In this document: piece by piece, positions 1 to 8,741 of the stretch
How the letters are laid out: the number at the start of each line of letters is the position of its first letter
Numbering within the stretch: the stretch's first letter is position 1
Origin: an uncultured Planctomycetia bacterium
Lineage (GTDB): Bacteria; Planctomycetota; UBA8108
Assembly: GCA_964392615.1 (NCBI GenBank)
Contig: CAYMRB010000004.1
Coordinates: 1-63,591, forward strand
Reading direction: 5' to 3'
Length of the DNA: 63,591 nucleotides
Translations under genes and position numbers: made by a program
Notes under the pieces: model-generated
The model's input: the letters and a program-made list of their open reading frames with translations, nothing else
The model's database searches: none
What the model was told of the DNA's origin: nothing

Positions 1-40
1 CCCTTCTGTCATCGTGCGAATCGTCCGACCGACGTCTACT

Positions 41-2290
41 CTACTTCTCGCGCTTCAACAGCACGATCGCGAGAGGCGGCAGCTGCATCTGGATCGAGCG
101 GGGCCTGCCGTGCGACGGGATGTCCTCGGCCATGAGGCCGCCGACGTTGCCGAGATTGCTGCCGCTGTAGTGCGCCGAGTCCGTGTTGAGGATCTCGCGG
201 TAGAAGCCGCTTCCCGGCACTCCGATGCGATACGCGTCGCGCGGCACCGGAGTGAAGTTCAGCACGACGACGATCTCCTCGTCCGGGTCTCTGCCGCGCC
301 GCGCGAACGACACGACGCTGCCCTCCCAGTCGTGGAAGTCGATCCACTCGAAGCCCTGCCACTCGAAGTCCTGCTCATAGAGCGCCGGCTCGGATGCGTA
401 GACCTGGTTCAGGTCGCGGATGAGCGATTGGACGCCGCGGTGGTAGTCGACGTCGAGAAGGTGCCAGTCGAGGCTTTGCGCCGAGTTCCACTCCTGGCCC
501 TGGCCGAACTCGCCGCCCATGAAGAGCAGCTTCTTGCCTGGGTGCGCGTACATGAAGCCGAACAGGAGACGCAGATTCGCGAACTTCTGCCACCCGTCAC
601 CGGGCATCTTGTCGAGGAGCGAGCCCTTGCCGTGCACGACCTCGTCGTGTGACAGCGGCAGGAGGAAGTTCTCCGTGAACGCGTAGAGCAGGCTGAACGT
701 CAAGCTCTGGTGGTGAAACTTGCGGTAGACGGGGTCTTTCGCGAAGTAGTCGAGGATGTCGTTCATCCAGCCCATGTTCCACTTCAGGCTGAATCCGAGG
801 CCTCCGAGGTAGGTCGGCTTCGACACCCCCGGCCAGGCCGTCGACTCCTCCGCGACGGTGACGACTCCCGGGCAGCGCTCGTGGCACAGCTCGTTGAGTC
901 GCTTGATGAAGTCGATCGCGGCGAGGTTCTCGCGGCCGCCGTACTCGTTCGGAATCCACTCACCTTCGGGGCGCGAGTAGTCGTTGTAGAGCATCGACGC
1001 GACGGCGTCGACGCGCAGGCCGTCCAGGTGGTACTCCTCGAGCCAGAACAGCGCGCTTCCGAGCAGGAAGTTCCGCACCTCGTTGCGGCCGTAGTTGAAG
1101 ATGAGCGTGCCCCAGTCCTTGTGCTCGCCCTGACGCGGATCGGCGTGCTCGTAGAGCGCGGTGCCGTCAAACTCGCGCAGTCCGTGGTCGTCGCGCGGGA
1201 AGTGCGCCGGCACCCAATCGAGGATGACCGCGATACCGGCAGCGTGGCACGCATCGACGAACGCGGCGAACTCCTCGGGGGGGCCGAAGCGACTCGTCGG
1301 CGCGAAGTAGCCCAGAGTCTGGTATCCCCACGAGCCGTCGAACGGATGTTCCTGGATGGGCAGGATCTCGATGTGCGTGAAGCCGAGATCCTTGACGTAC
1401 GGGACGAGGCGCTCCGCGAGTTCGCGGTACGTCAGGAAGCGATCGTCCTCGCCTCGCATCCACGAGCCGAGATGCACCTCGTAGGTCGAGTGCGGCGCGT
1501 CGAGAGCGTTGCGGCGGTCGCGCCCCTCGCGCATCCACTCGTCGTCTTTCCACTCGTGCTTTCCCAACTCGTGAACGACCGACGCGGTCTGCGGGCGCGT
1601 CTCGAAGCGGAACGCGTACGGGTCGCTCTTGATCAGCAGGCGGCCGTCGTGGTTCGAGCGGATCTCGAACTTGTACAGATCGCCTTCCTCCACCGCGGGC
1701 AGGAAGAGCTCCCACAGCCCGCTCGGCGCCAGGCTGCGCATCGGGTGACGGCGGCCGTCCCAGTCGTTGAACGGGCCCACGACGCTGACGCGTTGGGCGT
1801 TCGGAGCCCACACGGAGAAGTGGACTCCTTCGGTGCCATCGACCGCCTTCAGGTGCGCGCCGAGCTTGCGGTAGTTGTGATAGTGCGCACCCTCGCTCAG
1901 GAGGTGAATATCGTACTCCGTCAGCACTCTGCCGAAGCGGTACGGATCCTCGAACTCCCAGATTCGATCGTCCGTGCGCTCGACGCGCCAGCGGTAGCGG
2001 AAGTCCTCTCCGACCGGACCGATGATCGACTCGAAGATGCCCTCCTCGTGAATGCGTCGCGCGGGCACGGCGTCGTCGCCGTCGCCGTCGCGCGGCAGCA
2101 GCCACATCGCTTTGGCGCCCGGGACGAACGCTCGCACTGCGAGGAGCGTCTCGCCGCCGTGCTCGAAGGAGTGCGGTCCGAGGATGCCGAACGGATCGCT
2201 CGGGCAAGCCTCGACGATCGACGCGATTTCCTCGCGTGAGACCGTCGTGGGAATCGACGCGGTATCGATCATGTTTTCTTGTGAATCCAT
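41..2290 (-). CDS. glgB: 1,4-alpha-glucan branching enzyme (GH13)
   Basis: Motifs FSVWAPNA, YEVHLGSW, HPFDGSWGYQ, DGLRVDAVASMLY, AEESTAW, LSHDEVVHGKGS. Start placed at ATG 2290 (MDSQEN); ORF track extends to 2314. Confidence 0.97.
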   Translation of the reverse strand: MDSQENMIDTASIPTTVSREEIASIVEACPSDPFGILGPHSFEHGGETLLAVRAFVPGAKAMWLLPRDGDGDDAVPARRIHEEGIFESIIGPVGEDFRYRWRVERTDDRIWEFEDPYRFGRVLTEYDIHLLSEGAHYHNYRKLGAHLKAVDGTEGVHFSVWAPNAQRVSVVGPFNDWDGRRHPMRSLAPSGLWELFLPAVEEGDLYKFEIRSNHDGRLLIKSDPYAFRFETRPQTASVVHELGKHEWKDDEWMREGRDRRNALDAPHSTYEVHLGSWMRGEDDRFLTYRELAERLVPYVKDLGFTHIEILPIQEHPFDGSWGYQTLGYFAPTSRFGPPEEFAAFVDACHAAGIAVILDWVPAHFPRDDHGLREFDGTALYEHADPRQGEHKDWGTLIFNYGRNEVRNFLLGSALFWLEEYHLDGLRVDAVASMLYNDYSRPEGEWIPNEYGGRENLAAIDFIKRLNELCHERCPGVVTVAEESTAWPGVSKPTYLGGLGFSLKWNMGWMNDILDYFAKDPVYRKFHHQSLTFSLLYAFTENFLLPLSHDEVVHGKGSLLDKMPGDGWQKFANLRLLFGFMYAHPGKKLLFMGGEFGQGQEWNSAQSLDWHLLDVDYHRGVQSLIRDLNQVYASEPALYEQDFEWQGFEWIDFHDWEGSVVSFARRGRDPDEEIVVVLNFTPVPRDAYRIGVPGSGFYREILNTDSAHYSGSNLGNVGGLMAEDIPSHGRPRSIQMQLPPLAIVLLKREK

Positions 2291-2516
2291 GGTTTTGGAC
2301 GCACAGGGTAGCACGATCGCTGCAGCAGCGGTACGGCGGAAAGTGCCGTTCTGAGGCGAGATTCAAGCTTTTCGCGACAACGACCGATAAGGAGGTGGAA
2401 TCCGCTCGGTGGATCCAGCTTAATAGCTGCCCGCCGTGCTCGATCGCTTCGTCTTCTCTCTGGCCAAACTCAACGGCTCGACACGTTCTGCCCCGGATAT
2501 CGAGGGTTGTCGCAGA

Positions 2517-4592
2517 ATGCCCCAGATCACACTTCCCGACGGTTCCGTCAAGTCTTACGAAGGCTCGGTCACGGGTCTCGACGTCGCCAAAGACATCGGG
2601 CCTCGACTCGCCGAACAGGCCCTGGGCTGCAAGATCGACGGAGAGCTCTGCGACCTGTCGACCGAGATCGCGTCGGACTGCTCGTTGAGCATCGTCACGG
2701 CGCGACGACGCGACAAGACGGTCGACCCGGACGCGCTTTACCTGCTGCGGCACTCGTGTGCCCACGTCATGGCGGAGGCGATCCAGCGCGTCGTCCCGGG
2801 TGTCCAGCTCGTCTACGGTCCGCCTGTCGACAGTGGCTTCTACTACGACATGGCGGTTCCGGACGATCGGCCGCTGACGACTGGCGATTTCGAGGCGGTC
2901 GAACGCGAGATGGCGGCGATCATCGCCGCGGACGTGCCGTTCACGCGCTATGCCATCGCGTCGCAGCTCGGTCTCGAGAAGCTCCGCGCCGAGGACAACA
3001 AGTACAAGCTCGACAATGCCGAGCGCGCGCTCGACGAGGATGGCGAAGCGGACCTGTCGTTCTACGCGACCGGCGAGCCAGGCAGCGGGTGGGAGGATCT
3101 TTGCCGCGGCCCCCACGTCCCGTCGACGGGTCGCATCGGTGCGTTCAAGATCATGTCGCTCGCATCGTCCTACTGGCACGGCGATGAGAACTCCGACCGG
3201 CTGACGCGCGTTTACGGCGCCGCGTTCTCGACCCAGAAGGAGCTCGGCGCGTATCTCGAGCAGCTCGAGGAGGCCAAGAAGCGCGACCACCGCGTCATCG
3301 GCAAGCGGCAGAACCTGTTCCACATCGACGAGGCCGTCGGTCAGGGGCTGATCCTGTGGGCGCCGAAGGGCGCGGTCGTGCGACAGGAGCTCCAGACGTT
3401 CATTTCGGACGAGCTGCGCAAGCAGCGCTACTCGCAGGTTTTCACGCCGCACATCGGCAAGCTGGATCTCTACCGCACGTCCGGGCACTTCCCGTACTAC
3501 CGCGAGTCGCAATACCCGCCGGTCGTTGAACCGGACGGGTTGAAGCTCTTGGCGGAGGAGGGGTGCTCCTGCTCCGAGCTCGCGAACCGGCTCGATTCAG
3601 GCGAGATTGGCGGCTATCTCCTCAGGCCGAGGAACTGTCCGCACCACATCAAGATCTTCGCGAGCGAGCAGCGCTCCTATCGCGACCTTCCGGTGCGCCT
3701 CGCGGAGTTCGGCACGGTATACCGCTGGGAGCAGTCCGGCGAGATCTCCGGCATGACGCGCGTGCGCGGCTTCACGCAGGACGACGCGCATCTGTTCTGC
3801 ACGGAGGAGCAGGTCGGCGACGAGATCATCGGCTGTCTCTCCCTGGTGAAGAAGATCTTCGCCACCCTCGGCATGAGCGACTACCGCGTTCGCGTCGGGC
3901 TGCGCGACGAGGACTCGAGCAAGTACACCGGGGACGCCGCGAATTGGGACAAGGCCGAGGAGGCCTGTCGCGTGGCAGCGCGGACGCTTGGCGTCGCGTT
4001 CAGCGAAGAAGCCGGCGAGGCCGCGTTCTACGGCCCGAAGATCGACTTCGTCGTTCGGGACGTGATCGGCCGCGAGTGGCAGCTCGGCACGGTGCAGGTC
4101 GACTACAACCTGCCGGAACGATTCGACCTGTCGTACGTCGGCGCCGACAACCAGCCGCACCGGCCGGTGATGATCCACCGCGCACCGTTCGGATCGATGG
4201 AGCGATTCGTCGGCGTCCTGATCGAGCACTTCGCCGGCGCGTTTCCGACGTGGCTCGCGCCGGAGCAGGTGCGGGTGCTCCCGATCAGCGAGAAGAGCGA
4301 CGTCTACGCACGCCAGGTCCACGACGCCCTGTTCGAAGCGGGGGTGCGCGTCGGACTCGACGGCTCGAACGATCGCCTGCAGGCGAAGATCAAAGTCGCG
4401 GCGGATGAAAAGATCCCGTACCTGCTCGTCGTCGGCCCGCGCGACGCGGAGAACGGTCAGGTCAGTGTTCGCGCGCGCGGCGTGCAAAAGAATCTCGGCG
4501 CGATGGGCCTGGACGCGTTCGTCGATGCGATCGGCGCGGAGTTCCGCAGCGGGGGCGGGACGACGGCCGTCGTCGCGTTCGGGGGGGCCTGA
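2517..4592 (+). CDS. thrS: Threonine--tRNA ligase
   Basis: TGS start MPQITLPDGS, RHSCAHVMA, DLCRGPHV, RDHRVIG, RVRGFTQDDAH, EAAFYGPKID, HRAPFGSMERF. Confidence 0.98.
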   Translation: MPQITLPDGSVKSYEGSVTGLDVAKDIGPRLAEQALGCKIDGELCDLSTEIASDCSLSIVTARRRDKTVDPDALYLLRHSCAHVMAEAIQRVVPGVQLVYGPPVDSGFYYDMAVPDDRPLTTGDFEAVEREMAAIIAADVPFTRYAIASQLGLEKLRAEDNKYKLDNAERALDEDGEADLSFYATGEPGSGWEDLCRGPHVPSTGRIGAFKIMSLASSYWHGDENSDRLTRVYGAAFSTQKELGAYLEQLEEAKKRDHRVIGKRQNLFHIDEAVGQGLILWAPKGAVVRQELQTFISDELRKQRYSQVFTPHIGKLDLYRTSGHFPYYRESQYPPVVEPDGLKLLAEEGCSCSELANRLDSGEIGGYLLRPRNCPHHIKIFASEQRSYRDLPVRLAEFGTVYRWEQSGEISGMTRVRGFTQDDAHLFCTEEQVGDEIIGCLSLVKKIFATLGMSDYRVRVGLRDEDSSKYTGDAANWDKAEEACRVAARTLGVAFSEEAGEAAFYGPKIDFVVRDVIGREWQLGTVQVDYNLPERFDLSYVGADNQPHRPVMIHRAPFGSMERFVGVLIEHFAGAFPTWLAPEQVRVLPISEKSDVYARQVHDALFEAGVRVGLDGSNDRLQAKIKVAADEKIPYLLVVGPRDAENGQVSVRARGVQKNLGAMGLDAFVDAIGAEFRSGGGTTAVVAFGGA

Positions 4593-4678
4593 TCGACGCG
4601 GGCCGCGCACGAGGGCTCCGAGTATCGCAGGACTCGTCGAGGCCGCCTGGATCGCAGCCAAAGAGGCCCGTCAGGGGG

Positions 4679-4707
4679 TTGCACCCGCAGGCGCGATCGA
4701 TTACGAT
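4679..4707 (+). promoter_or_regulatory. Putative sigma70-type promoter (TTGCAC-N17-TACGAT)
   Basis: Near-consensus -35/-10 with a 17-nt spacer, directly upstream of a structured intergenic region. Confidence 0.5.
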
Positions 4708-5011
4708 CCGCGGCCGAAAGAGAGTTCTTTGGTTTGTGTCCCGTCGGTGAACCGACGGAGGAGATTTCGGTGAACAAGGCCCAGCAAAGCTGTTCTGCGG
4801 TGTTCACCTGAGTTCTCTGAACGCCTGGTCGGGGCCCTGTTTTTCATTGACCCGACCCGGCGCGATTGCTATCCCTGGTACCAGTGATACACGCGGTAGG
4901 GGTTACGCGCCGCGTACGACACAGCAGCCAGTGGAGAAGAGAGGCCTGAGTCGAAAGTCCCGCCAAGTGGTCGGCGCCTGACGAATTTGCTGCGACGCCC
5001 GGGCGGGTTTG

Positions 5012-5134
5012 AACAAGCCCACAACTGCCCCGGAGGTCGGTGGTTCCCCCAAAAGTTCCACCGGCCTCTTATAAACAAGCCCACAACTGCCCCGGAGGTC
5101 GGTGATTCCCCCAAAAGTTTCACCGGCCTCTTAT
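5012..5134 (+). repeat. Two tandem 61-nt direct repeats (period 62), each a hairpin with loop TTCCCCCAAAAGTT
   Basis: Copies 5012-5072 and 5074-5134 differ only at 5043/5105 (G/A) and 5058/5120 (C/T), which pair with each other. Confidence 0.95.
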
Positions 5135-5139
5135 TTTTT
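5094..5139 (+). terminator. Putative intrinsic terminator
   Basis: GC-rich stem of repeat 2 followed by TTATTTTTT. Confidence 0.55.
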
Positions 5140-5297
5140 GCCCTGGCGGCCCCGGCGAGAATCGACGCTCGAGCGCGACGGCCGCTGCGCTCGAACGGGC
5201 TCGTTTCGCTCAACCTGAGGAAAGGCCGGAAAAGAACTCAAGCCGTCGGGGGGCATCGTCCGAAGTTCTGGAAAAGTATCCTCAGGAGGGCGATGCC

Positions 5298-6815
5298 GTG
5301 AGAACGCGTACGATCTTGTTGTCGCTGACGGTCCTCACCGTGCTCCCGTGCGCTGCGCGTGCGGAGGAGTTCCTCATCATCGGCCCTCGTGCGGTCGGCA
5401 TGGGTGGTGCGGGTGTTGCCGTGACCCGCGGCTCGATGGCCACCTACTGGAACCCGGCAGCGCTCGCGCCGCCGCGGGCTCCGTCGGCCGACTCGTTGTT
5501 CGACCTGGTGGTGCCGGTCGGCGTCGGAGCGTCGACGAGCGAGAACCTCCTCGGTGACCTCGACGACGTCGTCGGGCTCGTCGAGACGCTCGACTTCGAT
5601 GCCGTCGAGACTCAGCTCGGCAACGGGCAGCCTCTGACCACGACGCAGATCCGCGACGTGCTGCGCCTGGTCGACGAGCTTCCGGATCTCGGCAAGTCGG
5701 GCACCGGCTTGATCAGCGACGTCAGCGTCGCGATCCAGCTGCGCGTCTGGCGCATCGGCTTTTCGGCTGCCGGCATGTTCCACGGCGGGGCGCTGACGAA
5801 CCTCGACACGGGGCTCCTGGCGCTCGGCAACAGCGGCATCGGGACGGCGCTCGGCGCCACGGGGAATGCGCCCGCGACGACGGCGGGCCAGAACCTCGCC
5901 GCGCAGCTTCTGGGTGGCGGGCTCGTGAACGCGGCGCAGGCGAACGAGATCGCCTTCCAGGCCGAGCAGGCCGGCGTCAATCTGAGCGATCCGACGTTCC
6001 AGAACCTGCTGGACGACGTCGTCCAGGCGACGACCAACAACAACGGCGGCTCGCCGGCGAACATCTTGACGGCGAACCAGAGCGGTGTGAACCTGCGCGG
6101 CGCCCTGTTGAGCGAGGTGGCCCTCGGGTACTCGCAGCCGGTCGCGGACCTCCTGCCGTTCGATCCGTTCAATTGGGTGTCGGTCGGCGCGGCGGTGAAG
6201 GCCGTCTACGGCACGACGTACTTCAAGTCGGTGAGCCTCGACGGTCTCGACGGTTTCGACGACATCCTCGACGAGCTGACGGACGACGCGAACCGCGAGG
6301 AATCCGTGCGCTTCGCTCTCGACGTCGGAGCGCTGGTGCAGCCGTTCGATTGGCTGTCGCTGGGTCTCGTCGCGCGAAACGTCAACGAACCGGAGTTCCG
6401 GTTCGCGGGTCGGGGCTCGTACGAGGTCGAGCCGCAGGTGCGCGCCGGCATCGGGCTGCACGACATTCCGTTCGACGGCCTGATCCTCGCTGCGGACCTC
6501 GATCTGACGCGGAACCAGACCGATGCGTTGCCCGGCCGCGAGTCGCAGGTGCTCGGTATCGGTGCCGAGTACGACTTCCTCGACATGCAGATCCTCTTCC
6601 TGCGCTTCGGCGTGTCTCAGAACCTCGCGGATACCGACGAAGCGCCCGTCATCCACGGCGGGCTCGGCGTCAACTTCCTCGGGGTGTCGCTCGACGCGGC
6701 GGTCATGGTGTCGACGGAAACGTCGGAGGTCGGCGACCTGGTGGGCTCGGTCGACGAGCTGCCCGAGCGCGCCGGCGCGTCGTTCATGCTTGGCGTCAAC
6801 GTGCCTCTCGACTGA
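5298..6815 (+). CDS. Outer-membrane beta-barrel protein, TraF_2/FadL/PorV-like
   Basis: Signal peptide; N-terminal GPRAVGMGGAGVA...ATYWNPAAL motif; amphipathic beta-strands in the C-terminal half. Confidence 0.75.
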   Translation: MRTRTILLSLTVLTVLPCAARAEEFLIIGPRAVGMGGAGVAVTRGSMATYWNPAALAPPRAPSADSLFDLVVPVGVGASTSENLLGDLDDVVGLVETLDFDAVETQLGNGQPLTTTQIRDVLRLVDELPDLGKSGTGLISDVSVAIQLRVWRIGFSAAGMFHGGALTNLDTGLLALGNSGIGTALGATGNAPATTAGQNLAAQLLGGGLVNAAQANEIAFQAEQAGVNLSDPTFQNLLDDVVQATTNNNGGSPANILTANQSGVNLRGALLSEVALGYSQPVADLLPFDPFNWVSVGAAVKAVYGTTYFKSVSLDGLDGFDDILDELTDDANREESVRFALDVGALVQPFDWLSLGLVARNVNEPEFRFAGRGSYEVEPQVRAGIGLHDIPFDGLILAADLDLTRNQTDALPGRESQVLGIGAEYDFLDMQILFLRFGVSQNLADTDEAPVIHGGLGVNFLGVSLDAAVMVSTETSEVGDLVGSVDELPERAGASFMLGVNVPLD

Positions 6816-6830
6816 TCGCGTCGATCGCGT

Positions 6831-8741
6831 TCAGCGCGTACTCGCCGGCCCGATTACGACGGGGCCGGTCTCGCTGCCGGGACGGACCTCGACGGCCGGA
6901 AGCTCGTCGACGACCTCGCCGCCGCTGAGGAGCTCGACGAGGTACTCGCCCGGCGGCAAGCGCTGGAGGTGGAACGTCGGCGCCTGCGCGGTGAAACGGT
7001 AGACTCGCGGCGGGTCGAAGCGAGCCGTGCCGTCGCCCGTGTCGCGATGCCGACTGAGGCGCAGCGAGTAGCCGCGGGCCGGTCCGTCGACTGCCATGCG
7101 GCCGCGGATCGAGCCGGGTGTCGCGAGCACGAGCTCGACGTCTTGCGATCCCGTCTCGACGCGGTCGCGCGCGGCGGTACCCATGCGCGCGTCGCCGGCC
7201 GTGAGCGCCCAGCGGCCGGGCTCCAAGCCGGCGAAGCGGAACGCGCCGTCCTGGTCGGACACCGTCTCGATCGCCAGCTCGGCACCCCGCAACGCGACCG
7301 GGACGAGCGGCACGGGATTGCCACCGCCGTCGACGACGTGACCCAGGATGGCGCCGTCGCCAGCCGTGAGCGCGATCTCGAGGTCGGTGCGCGACGCATC
7401 GCCGGCGTCGACGTCGATCCATCCGGAGCTGCCGCGCCGCGGCGTCGTCGCGCGAATCGCGTACTGCAGCGGGGCCAGCTTGATGAAGCGGAACATGCCG
7501 GACGACGTGCTGCGCAGGACGGTGGGCTCGACGCCGTCGTTGCCCGCGCGGATCTCGACGCGCGCGCCGCCGACCGGCTCGCCCGCAGCGTCGACGACGC
7601 GACCGGCGACCTCGCGCGGCGCGGGGAACTCGAGCTGGGCGCTGCCCGACTCGATCTCGGCGATCGTGAACGACGCGCGGCAATCCGCGTAGCGCGCGTG
7701 GGTGCCTTCGACCAGCACGCGCAGATCGCGCTGGGTGGGCAGGTTGCGCAGCGCGGCGCGGCCCAGCTCATCGCTGCGCGCCGGCGCGACCGGGAGCGAC
7801 AGCCCGCGGTCCGCGACGCGATAGCGCAGTCGAGCTCCGGAGAGCGGCTCGCCGTCCGGCGCCAAGGTCCACACGGTCAGCGGCGCGTCGGGCGCGAGCT
7901 CGATCACGAGCTCATCGAGTGGCGGCACGGCGACCGGTCGCGGTCCGTCGGAGCGATACCTCTCGTGCGTCGATGCGAGCGCCCAATCGCCCGCGGGCAA
8001 GCCGGTGAACTCGAACTCGCCGCGGCCGTCGGTGCCGCGTGTGAAGCGCTCGGGCCCGTCGGTGCCGGCGCGGGACAGGACCACGCGCACGCCGTGAATT
8101 CCGCCGCGCGCGTCGACGACGCGGCCCTTCAGGCGCTCGCCGCGAGTCAGGGCGACCTCGATCGCGGCCTCGTCGTCCATATTCGCCGCAGCCGGCAGCG
8201 TCGGATCGTCGGGCGTCGTCAGCTCGAGCGGCAGGAGCTCGGCCAGGAAGTCGGCGTGTCGGAACCGCGCGCTGTACGCTCCAGGCGCCACGCCACCGAG
8301 CGCCGCGCGTCCGTCAGCGTCGGTCTCAAGGCGCACGCGCCAGCCCGTCTTCGCGCCACGCAGTGACGCGAGGACGACGGTCTTCGCGAGCGGCGCGCCA
8401 TCGGCGCGGTCGACGAAGCGCAGCGTGACGGGTCGGGCGACAGGTTCCGCCGCATCCTCATCGTCGCTCGCATCCGCGCCGTCGGTTTCCGCTCGCGTGG
8501 AGGGCGACGGCGCGGCCGGGCCCGACATGGACCCCGACGTCGTCTCGGCCTTGTCGCGGCTCGCGTCCGTTCGATCGACCGGGCGTTCGATTCGCGCTGG
8601 CGCGTCGGACACGGGCTCGTCGGAGTCGTCACGCAGGACGACGAACCGCACGAACAAGCCGATGGCGACGACGAGGACGGCCAGCGCGAGCCAGGGAAGG
8701 CCGCGGCGCCGACCGCGCTCCGAAGTGGCTACGGCTGTCAT
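6831..8741 (-). CDS. Membrane-anchored protein with repeated carboxypeptidase-regulatory-like domains
   Basis: N-terminal TM helix; repeated GRVVDxxGxP...TDxxGxFxFxGLPxG units. Confidence 0.8.
   Translation of the reverse strand: MTAVATSERGRRRGLPWLALAVLVVAIGLFVRFVVLRDDSDEPVSDAPARIERPVDRTDASRDKAETTSGSMSGPAAPSPSTRAETDGADASDDEDAAEPVARPVTLRFVDRADGAPLAKTVVLASLRGAKTGWRVRLETDADGRAALGGVAPGAYSARFRHADFLAELLPLELTTPDDPTLPAAANMDDEAAIEVALTRGERLKGRVVDARGGIHGVRVVLSRAGTDGPERFTRGTDGRGEFEFTGLPAGDWALASTHERYRSDGPRPVAVPPLDELVIELAPDAPLTVWTLAPDGEPLSGARLRYRVADRGLSLPVAPARSDELGRAALRNLPTQRDLRVLVEGTHARYADCRASFTIAEIESGSAQLEFPAPREVAGRVVDAAGEPVGGARVEIRAGNDGVEPTVLRSTSSGMFRFIKLAPLQYAIRATTPRRGSSGWIDVDAGDASRTDLEIALTAGDGAILGHVVDGGGNPVPLVPVALRGAELAIETVSDQDGAFRFAGLEPGRWALTAGDARMGTAARDRVETGSQDVELVLATPGSIRGRMAVDGPARGYSLRLSRHRDTGDGTARFDPPRVYRFTAQAPTFHLQRLPPGEYLVELLSGGEVVDELPAVEVRPGSETGPVVIGPASTR

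Larger units (their letters stand above)
4713..5139 (+). ncRNA. Candidate structured non-coding RNA or long regulatory leader, family unrecognised
   Basis: No credible long ORF. Multiple stems (4719-4727/4810-4818, 4741-4758, 4769-4776/4801-4808, 4822-4862), tandem covarying hairpins and a terminal U-tract. Confidence 0.5.

Noticed and set aside
4945-5020. RNase P RNA (GAAAGTCC) or hammerhead ribozyme (CTGACGA)
   Set aside because: Only isolated short motifs; the required partner motifs and helices are missing.
5012-5134. CRISPR array or type III toxin-antitoxin repeat
   Set aside because: Only two adjacent copies with no spacer, no cas genes, and the downstream gene is a secreted barrel rather than a ToxN-like toxin.
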